From Longimicrobiales bacterium (lineage in GTDB: Bacteria > Gemmatimonadota > Gemmatimonadetes > Longimicrobiales > Gaopeijiaceae), in contig OZ241892.1 of assembly GCA_965203485.1 (NCBI GenBank), forward strand, positions 1,952,001-2,016,000: a stretch of 64,000 nucleotides of DNA, given 5' to 3'. The position numbers were made by a program, and so were the translations under genes. Positions 49,870 through 59,761 of this stretch are shown here, piece by piece. The notes under the pieces are model-generated. The model worked only from the letters and a program-made list of their open reading frames with translations. It ran no database searches and was not told the DNA's origin. Numbering within the stretch: position 1 is the first letter of the stretch; every line of letters starts with the position of its first letter.

Positions 49870-50441
49870 ACCGCACCCCCGTCACCCTCCACGACCCCAC
49901 GAACGAAACGGCCGCGGCGATCAGCCCCCGGCTGGCGCCGCCTTCGTCCCTCGACGGCAAGACCGTGGCCCTCTTCGACATCGGCAAGTCGCGCGCCGGC
50001 GAGTTCCTCGACTGCCTGGAGTCGGCGCTCGGCGGCCGAGGCGTGCGCACGCGCCGCTTCGCGAAGCCGACCAACGCGCGGCCCGCAACGCCGACCGTCC
50101 TCGCCGACATCGCCGAGAACGCCCACGTCGTCGTGGAGGCGCTCGCCGACTGAGGGTCGTGCACATCATGCGGTCTGCATGACATCAAGGCTCTGGACGA
50201 CCGCGGCCTGCCCGGCGTGCTGGTCGCGACCGAGCGCTTTCGCGACGCCGCCCGCCACCAAGCCCGCGCGCTGGGCTTCGAGCCGGCCGTCGTGTGGGTC
50301 GCCCACCCCATCCAGAACCGCACGCCGGCGGAGCTGGAACGTCTCGCGCGCGAGACGGCGGCCCCCGTGCTCGCCGCGCTGGGCGGGGCGCCGCCCAGCC
50401 CCCGCCAGCCAAGCCGGCCTACGCGACCGCAAACGCGATGA
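49866..50441 (+). CDS. UGSC-family selenoprotein (Sec at codon 96, TGA 50151-50153)
   Basis: The frame stays open across TGA: ...VVEALAD-U-GSCTSCGLHD...RGLPGV....F...A..QA.ALG......V.HPIQN. A hairpin follows the TGA. Confidence 0.88.
50166..50182 (+). promoter_or_regulatory. Candidate bacterial SECIS for the UGSC gene
   Basis: TCATGC-GGTCT-GCATGA, a perfect 6-bp stem with a G-containing loop, after a 12-nt spacer from the TGA. Confidence 0.65.
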
Positions 50442-52182
50442 TGACCGCCAGCACCACCGTCACGAGCGGCGCGCCCAGGCGGAGGTAGTCGCTGAACCGG
50501 TAACCGCCGGGGCCGTACACCATCAGGTTCGTCTGGTAGCTGACGGGCGTCAGGAAGGAAGCGGAGGCCGCGAGCGCCACGGCCACCGCCGCCGAGCGCT
50601 GGTCTATCCCGAAGTCGGCGGCGGTCGACAGCGCGATCGGCAGCACCAGCGCGGCCGCCGCGTTGTTGGTGATCACGGAGCTGAGCGCCACAGTCGCGAG
50701 CACGATGCCCGCCAGCGCTCCCTGCGGGCCGAACCGCCCGAATCCGCCCGCGACCACGTCGGCGGCCGCGTGGCCCAGCCCCGAGGTCTCGACCGCCGCG
50801 GCCAAGCCGAAGGCCGCGCCGATCACCACGATCACGTCGAAGTCGATGGCGTCCTTGGCCTCGCCGGGCCGCAGCACGCCCAACCCCACGACGGCCAGCG
50901 CACCGATCAGCGACAGGTGCAGGATCGGCAGGAAGCCGACGCCCGCGAGGACGACGATCGCTCCCGCCACCGCCAGCACGAGTCCCGCCTTTCGGCCGGC
51001 CCGGGGCGACGGCGCGTCCATCCTCGCCGCGAGCACGAAGTCGGCCCGGTCGCGCCATCGTTCGCCGAAGCCCGGGTCGGCGATCAGCAGCAGCGTGTCG
51101 CCGGGCCGGAGCGGCGTGTGCGCCAGCTTGCCGCGCACCATCTCGCCGGCGCGGTGGATCGCCAGCACCACGGCTTGGTAGTACGACGAGAAGCGGGCGT
51201 CCGCGAGCGTCCGGCCGACGAGCGGCGAGCCTTGCGCGACCACGGCCTCAAAGAACTCGTGGTCGGGGCTCCCGAACTCCCTCGGAAAGTGCGGCTCCTG
51301 GGCCGACACGAGCCCAGGGCGCTCGTGCAGCTGCAGCACGTCCTCCATGCGCCGCCCGACCATCGTCACGAGGTCCTCGCCGCGGAGCGTCGTCGCCGGA
51401 GAGACTTCGGCGAGCCAAGCGCCGCCGCGCTCGACCTCGAAGGCGGACGGGACGCCGGCTTGGCCGAAGCCGCCCTCTTCGATCGTCTTGCCGTCCAGCG
51501 GGCCGCCGGCCACGACGCGCATCCGAACCGAGAAGTTGCGGTTCGCCTCGCGAGCCTCGCGGCGCGGCGAGCGCCGGTCCGGCAGCAGCCGGGGCGACAG
51601 CCCGATCGTCAGCGCCAGGCCGGCGACGGCCACCGGCAGAGCGATCGGCGTGAGCTCGAACATCGTGAAGGGCTCCTGCCCCTCGGCCTGCAGGAGGCCG
51701 GACACGACCAAGTTGGTGGACGTGCCGATGAGCGTCGTCATGCCGCCCAGGATCGCCGCGAACGACACGGGCATGAGGTAGCGCGACGCCGAGCTGCCCT
51801 TCTGGTCGGCCCATTCTTCGATCTGCGGCGTCAGCATCGCCACGATCGGCGTGTTGTTGAGGAAGGCCGAAGCCGCGGCCACCGGCGCCGTGAGCCGGGC
51901 CAAGGCCCAGCGCAAGCTCCCTCCGCCTCCGAGCGTGGCGTGAACCAACGGCTGCAGCGCCCCGCTCCTCTCCACCGCGCGCGCCAGCACGTACAGCGCC
52001 GCCACCGTCACGGGAGCTGGATTGGAAAAGCCCTGGAACGCCTGCTCCGGCGTCACCACCCCAACCACCAGCAGCACGACCACCGCCGCAATGAACGTGG
52101 CCGAAGGCGACACCCAGTCGCGCACCAGCACTGCGACCGACGCGGCCACGACGGCCAGCGTGACCCAAGCGTCCGCGCTCAC
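50419..52182 (-). CDS. SLC13/CitMHS-type permease with TrkA-C domains
   Basis: GFSN.A..TVAAL, SAFLNNTP.VAM, TLIGTSTNLVV, two TrkA-C-like segments, FLTP.SYQTNLMVYGPGGY.F.DY.R.G. Confidence 0.9.
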   Translation of the reverse strand: MSADAWVTLAVVAASVAVLVRDWVSPSATFIAAVVVLLVVGVVTPEQAFQGFSNPAPVTVAALYVLARAVERSGALQPLVHATLGGGGSLRWALARLTAPVAAASAFLNNTPIVAMLTPQIEEWADQKGSSASRYLMPVSFAAILGGMTTLIGTSTNLVVSGLLQAEGQEPFTMFELTPIALPVAVAGLALTIGLSPRLLPDRRSPRREAREANRNFSVRMRVVAGGPLDGKTIEEGGFGQAGVPSAFEVERGGAWLAEVSPATTLRGEDLVTMVGRRMEDVLQLHERPGLVSAQEPHFPREFGSPDHEFFEAVVAQGSPLVGRTLADARFSSYYQAVVLAIHRAGEMVRGKLAHTPLRPGDTLLLIADPGFGERWRDRADFVLAARMDAPSPRAGRKAGLVLAVAGAIVVLAGVGFLPILHLSLIGALAVVGLGVLRPGEAKDAIDFDVIVVIGAAFGLAAAVETSGLGHAAADVVAGGFGRFGPQGALAGIVLATVALSSVITNNAAAALVLPIALSTAADFGIDQRSAAVAVALAASASFLTPVSYQTNLMVYGPGGYRFSDYLRLGAPLVTVVLAVIIAFAVA

Positions 52183-52370
52183 GTGCTCGGGCCGCGCCGA
52201 TCCGCGGCCGCCGATTCGCCCGCGCTCACCAGCTCAAGCCGTCTCCCGCACCAGCCGCTTCCTCCTGGTCCGCGAGGCCGGCTTCGGCCCGGTGATCACG
52301 CCGCTGGTCCGCCCAGTCCCACGCTCCTGCGCAGGCCCCGCGCGGCGAACGCGCTGCCGCGCGAGCCCGG

Positions 52371-54887
52371 TCAAGGGATCAGATTCCGCCTTGCCGTGTT
52401 GCGCACCACGAACAAGCCGTCGCCCGTGCTGGTCATCACCACCACGCCGCTCGCAAAGTACGGATAGTTGCTCCACGACGCGCCGCCGTAGGGACTGTTG
52501 TCGAAGTACGCGATCTCGACGGGCTCCGTGCGGTTCGAGATGTCCAGGATCCGCAACCCGGCGCCGTAGTTCGACTGGTACATCAAGTCGCCCAGAATGT
52601 ACAAGTTGTGGTCCGTGTCCGGCGTCTCGGCGATATGCTCGGCGGCCAGCACGGGGTCGTCGAGGTCCTCCAAGTCCCAAACAAGCGTCCGAGTTCCCTC
52701 CACCAGTCCCTGCGGCTCGTCGCCTTCGTCGTTCATGTAGAAGAACCGGTGATCCTCGGTAAGCCATCCCTGGTGCGCGTACGCGACGTTCGGGTAGTCC
52801 ATCGCGGAAATCACGGCCGGCGCGTCCTTGTCGGTCACGTCGGCCACGCTGAGCGCCGTCTCGTTGGAGCCTATGCAGATCTCCTTGCCCTTGTGCTCCT
52901 CGTCCGGGCCGTGGTACACGACGCACTGCGCATCGTGCGAATACCCCGTCCGCCGCCGCCCCGTCGTCTCGTCGAAGAAGCATCCTGCGAACTCGGGGCG
53001 CGCCGGGTTCTCCAGGGCGAGCATGTGCAGTCCGCCGCCGCACGTCGTCCCGCCGCCGCTGCTCCCCACCGCGTAGGCGAAGCCCGTGTGCTCGTTGATC
53101 ACGATGTTGTGGGCGCTGTGGATGCCGTCGTACGTGAAGTCGGGCTGAAAGACCGCGTCCGGGCCGGCCGCGTCCCGAAGCCGCCGCAGATCGAAGACCT
53201 GCACGCCGTGCGCGCCCGCCCCGTCGGCGACGACGTAGGCGTGATCCCGGTACACCTTCATGTCGCGCCACACGCTCGAGCGCGATCCCGGCGTCTTCGG
53301 CAGGTTGCCGAGCATTGCCGGATTATGGGGATCGGTGACGTCCACGAACGCCGTCCCGTCGGTCCTGCCCACGATGGCGATCTCGCGTCCGGATTCCGGA
53401 TCCGTCCACCCCCACACGTCGTTCAGGCGCGCCCCCCTCGCCCCGCCCATGTCCTTGATGGGCAGGAACGACAGCACGTTCACGTTGTCGCAGGGGAAGT
53501 GGCGGACCAAGTTCTCTTCGCACGGCAACTCCTCCTCCAGCCCCAGGATCGCGGGCGGACCGCGGTGGTCGCCGACGAGAAGCTCTCCGCTGTCCGGCCA
53601 GACCGCGGCGACGGCGCCCCCAGCACGCATGTCCACCCCGCCGGCGCCGATCACGCTGACGTCGCCCTCGACGGCCACGGCTGCGCCGAAGCCGGGAGAA
53701 GACGCCCGCTCGGCCAACGATGCGGGTCCCGCCATGCGGCTCGCCGACGCCCACTCGCCCGCGTCGTCCCTCGACAGCCGGAACACGCCGCCCCGGCCGA
53801 ATCCGCTCCTCGGCGCACCGACCCACGCTTCGGAGCCCTTCAGCGCGACCGCCGCCCCGAAGTTCGTGCCCGGCAACGTCAACTCCATGACGGGGCGTCC
53901 CGGACCCCAGCCCGCGCCGTCCGCGCCGCGCCGGTACTCCAACACGGTCCCCGCGCCCGGCGCGCCCACGAACGCCTCCCGCCCGTTCGTCGCCAGCGCC
54001 GCGCCGAACCCGCGCTCCGCCTCGAGCCCGCCAGGCGCCTCCAGCTCCGCCTCGAACGACATCTCGCCGGTCCCGGCGTCCACCGAAAACGCGTACACCC
54101 TCGCGACCGAGCGCCGCTCGCCCCTCGTCGCAACCAACGCCGTCCCGCCGTGCAGCGCAACCACGGACCCGAACGCGCGCGGCGCGGCTTCCGCCTCGTC
54201 CTCGCTGGACGGAGGCATCGGCGGCAGCGCTTCTTCCCCCGCGCGCTCTCCGACTTCCGCTTCCTCCGGCGTGCCCGGCCGCACGATCCTGGCGCCCCGC
54301 ACCCACTGCCCGTCGGCCCGCCGCGCGAACGCGTGGACCGCCCCCGCCCCGCCGTCCTCGCCCGGCGCGGCCACGAGCGCCGTCCCGCCGCTGACCGCCA
54401 CGGCCGACCCGAAGCCCCACTCCGCCTGCGCTCCCGGCGCCTCCAGCCGGGCCACCTCGGTCCACCGGCCCGCCTGCAGCTCGAAGAGCATCGCCGCTCC
54501 GTGCAGGCCGTCGTCCCTCTCCAGCATCGGCGCCCCCACCACGACCACCCCGCCGTCCGAGGCGAGGGCCCGCCCGAAGCCGTCCGGCGGCGCACCCGCG
54601 GGCGAAGCCGCCAGCCGAGCCGCCTCGGTCCACCGGCCCCCGTCCACCGCGTACACGTACACGATTCCGGGCAGCGTCGCGTTGGCCGGCTCCCCGACGA
54701 ACACGTGTTCCCGGCTCACGGCCAGCGCTCCGCCGAATTGCTGGGTCTCGCCCGGCGCCGCCGTCGCGGCAAGGGCCAGCGCCAACGCCGGGCCGCCCAG
54801 CCCGAGCAGCCGGCCCAAACCACCACGCGCTCCCGTTCCGCCCGTCGCCGGGCCGTTGCGCGCGGTCTTCGCATAGCCAGTCATCAT
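52371..54887 (-). CDS. Choice-of-anchor B family protein with N-terminal FG-GAP repeats
   Basis: Repeated FG.A(L/V)A...GAP...G units; NDVWGWTD..GRE.A, WRDMKVY.DHAY.V, HN..IN..TG.AY, HDAQCV.Y.GPD, HQGW, DHN.Y, WSNYPYF.SG. Confidence 0.85.
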   Translation of the reverse strand: MMTGYAKTARNGPATGGTGARGGLGRLLGLGGPALALALAATAAPGETQQFGGALAVSREHVFVGEPANATLPGIVYVYAVDGGRWTEAARLAASPAGAPPDGFGRALASDGGVVVVGAPMLERDDGLHGAAMLFELQAGRWTEVARLEAPGAQAEWGFGSAVAVSGGTALVAAPGEDGGAGAVHAFARRADGQWVRGARIVRPGTPEEAEVGERAGEEALPPMPPSSEDEAEAAPRAFGSVVALHGGTALVATRGERRSVARVYAFSVDAGTGEMSFEAELEAPGGLEAERGFGAALATNGREAFVGAPGAGTVLEYRRGADGAGWGPGRPVMELTLPGTNFGAAVALKGSEAWVGAPRSGFGRGGVFRLSRDDAGEWASASRMAGPASLAERASSPGFGAAVAVEGDVSVIGAGGVDMRAGGAVAAVWPDSGELLVGDHRGPPAILGLEEELPCEENLVRHFPCDNVNVLSFLPIKDMGGARGARLNDVWGWTDPESGREIAIVGRTDGTAFVDVTDPHNPAMLGNLPKTPGSRSSVWRDMKVYRDHAYVVADGAGAHGVQVFDLRRLRDAAGPDAVFQPDFTYDGIHSAHNIVINEHTGFAYAVGSSGGGTTCGGGLHMLALENPARPEFAGCFFDETTGRRRTGYSHDAQCVVYHGPDEEHKGKEICIGSNETALSVADVTDKDAPAVISAMDYPNVAYAHQGWLTEDHRFFYMNDEGDEPQGLVEGTRTLVWDLEDLDDPVLAAEHIAETPDTDHNLYILGDLMYQSNYGAGLRILDISNRTEPVEIAYFDNSPYGGASWSNYPYFASGVVVMTSTGDGLFVVRNTARRNLIP

Positions 54888-55132
54888 CCGTCCCTTCCCT
54901 TCGGTCCCTTGCAGAGTTGCGCCCCGGCGCCGAGCGGCCGAGCGTCCGCGTCAACGCTAGTCTTGGCCGGACCGGACCGGCACGTCAAGCCCCGCCCCCG
55001 GCGCCCGTTGACATCCGCCCGCCCGCGCACCGACGTTTCCCGCAGCTCGACGCGCGCCGGGCCGCATCTTCGCCGGCCTTGCCGACGCCAGACTTGCAGA
55101 CCCCTGAACAAGCACTGGGAGGCCCTCCGAAC

Positions 55133-56011
55133 ATGCGCCCACGCCGCCACGCCGCCTTCGCCCTTCTGCTCGTCCTCGGTTGCGGCGATTCCGGGTCCGG
55201 CGGCAGTCCGCCCAGCTCGCAACCGCCCGCCGAGGCGCCAAGCGTCGCCTTCAACCCGACGGCCGACGACGAGCTTCCGCCCACCGTCTTGGACGAGCAG
55301 CGCGGCCGCGCACTGAGGGGAACCGGCGTGCGCTACGTCCCGGGCGACACGCTCACGCTCGGATACGTCGCGCAGCCCGAAGGCGAAGGCCCGTTCCCCG
55401 CGCTGGTCATCGTGCACGAATGGGACGGCCTCAAGAACAAGATCCGCCAACTCGCCGACGACTTGGCCGCGGAAGGGTACGTCACTCTGGCGGCCGACCT
55501 CTTCAAGGGACGCGTCGGCCATTTCCCGGACGAGAACATGGCGCTGGTCGGCGAGGCGCAAGCGGACCCGGGCGCGATGGTGAGCAACTTGAACGCCGCG
55601 GTCGCCTACCTCAAGCGGCGCCCCGACGTCACCGGCCGCGTCGGCGTCGTCGGATGGTGCTTCGGCGGAGGCGTCGCGCTCTCCTACGGCCTGGACGGCG
55701 ACGATCACGACGCCACCGCGATCTTCTACGGGCGGCTCGTGGACGACCCCGAAGTCCTGGCGGCGCTCGACCACGAGGTCTACGGCACGTTCGCGGGGCT
55801 CGACCAAGGGCCCACGCCGGAGCAGGTGGCCGCCTTCGAGGATGCGCTCCGGGCCGCGGGCGTGGCGAACGACATTCACATCTACGACGAAGTCAACCAC
55901 GGGTTCTGGCTCTGGGTCAACGCAAACGCGGAGGTGCGCACCGCTCCCGCACTGGACGCTTGGCGGCGGCTCAAGGCGTACTTGAACCGGACGCTGAGAA
56001 GCGACGGCTGA
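55133..56011 (+). CDS. Dienelactone hydrolase family lipoprotein
   Basis: LVLGC lipobox; HEW.GL, GWCFGG nucleophile elbow, FYG, HGF. Confidence 0.9.
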   Translation: MRPRRHAAFALLLVLGCGDSGSGGSPPSSQPPAEAPSVAFNPTADDELPPTVLDEQRGRALRGTGVRYVPGDTLTLGYVAQPEGEGPFPALVIVHEWDGLKNKIRQLADDLAAEGYVTLAADLFKGRVGHFPDENMALVGEAQADPGAMVSNLNAAVAYLKRRPDVTGRVGVVGWCFGGGVALSYGLDGDDHDATAIFYGRLVDDPEVLAALDHEVYGTFAGLDQGPTPEQVAAFEDALRAAGVANDIHIYDEVNHGFWLWVNANAEVRTAPALDAWRRLKAYLNRTLRSDG

Positions 56012-56180
56012 GCGGCCCGAAGCGTCTCGCCACGGCGACACCCGTGTCCCGCCAGCGAGACACTTGGGGCACGAAGACCACGCTGATCAACCGGTTTCCG
56101 CCTTGGTACGCTTCTTGCTGTCATCGTCGGACAGGACCCGGCGAACGAGCGAACCGGGCAAACACGAACGGAGCTCAGTC

Positions 56181-57041
56181 ATGAACAAGCAGGCCATCAA
56201 CGAGAACGAGAAGGGAGCACGGCGCGCGCGGCCGTTTGCGCGCACACACGGAGCCGGCGGCGGCGCGGCCGTCCGCGCGGCCGTCTTGCTGGCCGCCGTC
56301 TTCGGGACCGTCGGAGCGGCGACGCCGGCAGCGGCCGCTGCCCAGTCGGCCCGGGCGGGCGGCGACTTCCTGCTGGGGACGCCCAAGGCCACGCTGGCGG
56401 TGCGGATCGGCTGGAACCTCCCGCGCGAAGGAGGCGGCACGGGCGCGCAGCCGAGCCTTTGGGACCACAACCGCAAGGAGCTCACGGTCACCCGCGGCGA
56501 CTTCGGCGGACTGTTCCTCGAGGGAGAGCTCGGCATTTGGATCTCCGAGCGCTTCGACGCGACCGTGTCGGCGGGCCGGACCGAGGCCAAGACGGTGTCG
56601 GAGTTCCGCGGCTTTGTGGGCGAAGACGATCTGCCCATCGCGCAGACGACGGAGTTCGCTCTTCTGCCCCTGACCGCCGGCGTCAAGGCGTACCTCTTCA
56701 AGCGCGGCCACGGCGTCGGCCGCTTCGCGTGGATCCCACGGCGATGGAACGCGTACGCGGGCGTGTCGGGAGGCGTCGTGCGTTGGCGATTCCAGCAGTA
56801 CGGGGAATTCGTGGACTTCGAGACGCTGGACATATTCCGGGACGACTTTCGCGGGAGCGGGACGGCCGCTACGCTCCAGTTGCGGGCGGGCGTGGAAGTG
56901 GCGGTCCACCAGAAGCTCCTGCTCACCGGCGAATCGCGCTACGGCTTCGGCAGCGGCCAGCTGGGCTTGGACTTCGACGGCTTCGCCGATCTGGACCTGC
57001 ACCGGTTCCAGGTGACGGGCGGAATCGCGTTGCGGTTCTAG
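56181..57041 (+). CDS. Outer-membrane beta-barrel protein
   Basis: Signal peptide (AAAAAQ), alternating amphipathic strands, C-terminal GIALRF. Confidence 0.7.
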   Translation: MNKQAINENEKGARRARPFARTHGAGGGAAVRAAVLLAAVFGTVGAATPAAAAAQSARAGGDFLLGTPKATLAVRIGWNLPREGGGTGAQPSLWDHNRKELTVTRGDFGGLFLEGELGIWISERFDATVSAGRTEAKTVSEFRGFVGEDDLPIAQTTEFALLPLTAGVKAYLFKRGHGVGRFAWIPRRWNAYAGVSGGVVRWRFQQYGEFVDFETLDIFRDDFRGSGTAATLQLRAGVEVAVHQKLLLTGESRYGFGSGQLGLDFDGFADLDLHRFQVTGGIALRF

Positions 57042-57055
57042 CGGGGAGCGCGGAC

Positions 57056-58282
57056 ATGCAATCCAACACGGAGAGGACTGGATCGATGACGAACAAGCGG
57101 CAGACCCGGGTCGGGACGCTGGCGTCGCTGGCGCTCGCGGCCGTCGGGACGAGCGGCGCGGCGCAGGCTGAGGCGCAGGCGCGCGCAAGCAATCAGGAAT
57201 GGGCGGCGTACCTGGGGTGCTGGGCGCCGCAGGACGCGCAGACGGAGGACGGCCTCCTGTGCTTCGCGGACGGGGCGCAGGGCCTCGAGATGCTCACGGT
57301 GCTGGACGGCGAGATCGCGTACCGCGAGCCGTTCCGGACGGACGGCCAGCCCTACGACGTCGAGCAGGACGACTGCAACGGAACCGAGTCCGCTTGGTTC
57401 TCGGAGGACCGCAAGCGGCTCTACACGCTCTCCGACGTGTCGTGCGAGGGCGAGGCGCCCCGCCGCACGACCGGCATCATCTCGATGCCCGAGCGGGGCC
57501 GTTGGCTGGACGTGCGGGCGACGGAGGTGAACGGGGCGACGACGGCTTGGTCGCGCTGGTACCGGCGGGCTTCCAGCCGGGCGCTTGAGGAAGCCGGAGG
57601 CCCGGCGACGGCGCGGGCGGCAATCTTCGGAGCGGGCACGCCCGGGGTGCGCGCGCGGAATTCGCTCGAGATCGCCGACGTGGTGGACGCCAGCCGCAAC
57701 GTGCATCCCAAGGCGGTCGGGGCCTGGATCGCGGAGGTCGGGCAGGAGTTCCGAGGCCTCGGCGCGGACGATCTGCTCCGCCTGGACGAAGAGGGCGTGC
57801 CGGAGGACGTGATCGACGTAGTGGTGGCCGTCTCCTTCCCCGAGCACTTCTCGCTGGGCGCCGAGGCGCCGGACCGCGAGACGGACGACGGCATCCGCAG
57901 ACGGAAGATGGGCGGGCGCTTCGGCCTCTACGGCTACGACCCGTACTGGGGCTACAATTCCTTCTACGGGTACGGGTATTCCCCGTTCTGGGGCTCGAGC
58001 TACGGATACTCGCCGCTCGGCTACTACGGCCGCTGGTACGGGAGCGGATACGGCTACGTGCCGGTGGTGGTCGACGTGAGTCCGCGCAGGGGCGGCCGGA
58101 TCGTGGCCGGCAAGGGCTACCAGCGGGGCGACGACGGGGGGCGGGACGATTCCTCGGCCCGCGGCAGGCCGCGCGGTTCCGCGGGATCGACCGTCGGCGG
58201 CTCGACCCGCACGTCGCAGTCGCCTCCTGCGCGCGGCGGCCGCAGCACGGGCCGCAAGGCGAAGCCGCGCGGCGGCAAGTAG
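57056..58282 (+). CDS. Secreted hypothetical protein with a Tyr/Gly-rich and Arg/Gly-rich C-terminus
   Basis: Signal peptide; W..YLGCW; YGYDPYWGY...YGY tract. Start at 57056 or 57086. Confidence 0.7.
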   Translation: MQSNTERTGSMTNKRQTRVGTLASLALAAVGTSGAAQAEAQARASNQEWAAYLGCWAPQDAQTEDGLLCFADGAQGLEMLTVLDGEIAYREPFRTDGQPYDVEQDDCNGTESAWFSEDRKRLYTLSDVSCEGEAPRRTTGIISMPERGRWLDVRATEVNGATTAWSRWYRRASSRALEEAGGPATARAAIFGAGTPGVRARNSLEIADVVDASRNVHPKAVGAWIAEVGQEFRGLGADDLLRLDEEGVPEDVIDVVVAVSFPEHFSLGAEAPDRETDDGIRRRKMGGRFGLYGYDPYWGYNSFYGYGYSPFWGSSYGYSPLGYYGRWYGSGYGYVPVVVDVSPRRGGRIVAGKGYQRGDDGGRDDSSARGRPRGSAGSTVGGSTRTSQSPPARGGRSTGRKAKPRGGK

Positions 58283-58487
58283 GGGCCGGGGGGCCGCCGC
58301 GCTGCCCAGGCTTGCCGGGCTTGCCACTGCGCGGGCCGCCATGAACGCCTCGACGGCGGCGGCTGGGGAAGCCCGGCCCGCAGGCCCCTAGCGGCCGCGG
58401 GCCGGGCCTCCTGCACGCCGCCGCGGCCGGCGCCGCGACGCCAACGGCGGACTCCCTTGGCCGTCTCCGGCGCCAGCGCAAGCGCTC

Positions 58488-59213
58488 TTGAGCACGCTCT
58501 TCCAAGCCGAGGCCGCGACGGGCCTCTCCGACACGCTGGCGTCGAATCCACCGCTCGCGGCGGCCGTGCTCTTCGGCTTCGGCGTGCTCACCAGCTTCAC
58601 GCCCTGCGTCTACCCGATGATCCCGATCACCGCGTCCGTGATCTCGGGAACCGCCAAGAAGGCGCAGTCGTGGAGGCGCACCGCCGGACTCACGGCGGCC
58701 TACGTGGTCGGCTTGGCGATGCTTTACGCGGTTCTGGGGCTGGTGGCCGGGCTGACCGGGTCGCTGTTCGGCTCGGTGAGCGCCAGCCCCTGGGCGCTGC
58801 TGGCAATCGGCAACCTGCTGGTCGTCTTCGCGCTGGCCATGCTCGACGTGATCCCCGTCGCCGCGCCGCAACGCCTCCTGAACTGGGCGGGCGGGCGCGG
58901 CGGCGGCTCCTACGGCGCGGTGTTCGCGCTCGGGGCCACGTCCGGTGTCGTCGCCGCCCCCTGCGGCGCCCCCGCGTTCGCCACCGTGCTGGCCTGGGTG
59001 GCCGCCACGCAGGCCGGCGTCCTCGGCTTCGTCTATCTTTTTGCGTTCTCGCTGGGGATGACCGCCCTGCTGGCCGCGGTCGGACTCTTCTCGGGCACGC
59101 TCGCCCTGCTCCCGAAGTCCGGGAAGTGGATGCTGGGCGTGAAGCGCGCCGCGGGCGTCGTGATGCTGGGCGTCGCCGAGTACTACTTCGTGAAGGCCGG
59201 CTTCAGCATGTGA
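58488..59213 (+). CDS. ccdA: CcdA/DsbD transmembrane electron transporter
   Basis: TSFTPCVYPMIP and AAPCGAP catalytic Cys pair; about 6-7 TM helices. Confidence 0.9.
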   Translation: MSTLFQAEAATGLSDTLASNPPLAAAVLFGFGVLTSFTPCVYPMIPITASVISGTAKKAQSWRRTAGLTAAYVVGLAMLYAVLGLVAGLTGSLFGSVSASPWALLAIGNLLVVFALAMLDVIPVAAPQRLLNWAGGRGGGSYGAVFALGATSGVVAAPCGAPAFATVLAWVAATQAGVLGFVYLFAFSLGMTALLAAVGLFSGTLALLPKSGKWMLGVKRAAGVVMLGVAEYYFVKAGFSM

Positions 59214-59227
59214 GCAGGCTCTTTTCC

Positions 59228-59761
59228 ATGGCCAACCAGCCGAGCATTGCAACCTGGGCGGCGGCGCTGTCCCTGCTTCTCGCGACCGCCGGGCCGGGCC
59301 GCGCCCAGGACGGGGCGGGCGTGGGTCCCGCGCTGGGCGCCCAGGCCCCGGACGCGCAGGTCGAGGACCTCGACGGCGCCCCGGTGGCGCTCTCCGGCGT
59401 GATCGCCGGCCGGGCCGCGTTGCTGGAGTTCTGGGCCTCGTGGTGCGAGAACTGCGAGGCGCTGGAGCCGCAGATGCAGGAGATCCACGAGCGCTTCGGC
59501 GACCGCGTCGCCGTGGTCGCCGTGGCGGTGGCCGTGGGCCAGTCCCGCCGACGCGTGCGGCGCCACGTGGACGCCCACGGACGCGGCTTCGCCTACGTCT
59601 ACGACGGATCCGGAGAGGCCGTCCGCGCCTTCAACGCCCTCTCCACGTCGGTCGTCGTCCTCCTGGACGCGCAAGGCCGCGTCGCCTTCACCGGCGTCGG
59701 CCCCGAACAGGACCTGGTGGGCGCCGTCGAAGCGATGCTGGCCGCGGGGCAGCCTCTTTAG
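59228..59761 (+). CDS. Exported TlpA-family thiol-disulfide oxidoreductase
   Basis: Signal peptide (GRAQ); LLEFWASWCENC. Confidence 0.88.
   Translation: MANQPSIATWAAALSLLLATAGPGRAQDGAGVGPALGAQAPDAQVEDLDGAPVALSGVIAGRAALLEFWASWCENCEALEPQMQEIHERFGDRVAVVAVAVAVGQSRRRVRRHVDAHGRGFAYVYDGSGEAVRAFNALSTSVVVLLDAQGRVAFTGVGPEQDLVGAVEAMLAAGQPL

Noticed and set aside
53600..54730. DNA-level repeat array
   Set aside because: The periodicity comes from FG-GAP protein repeats inside the choice-of-anchor B gene.
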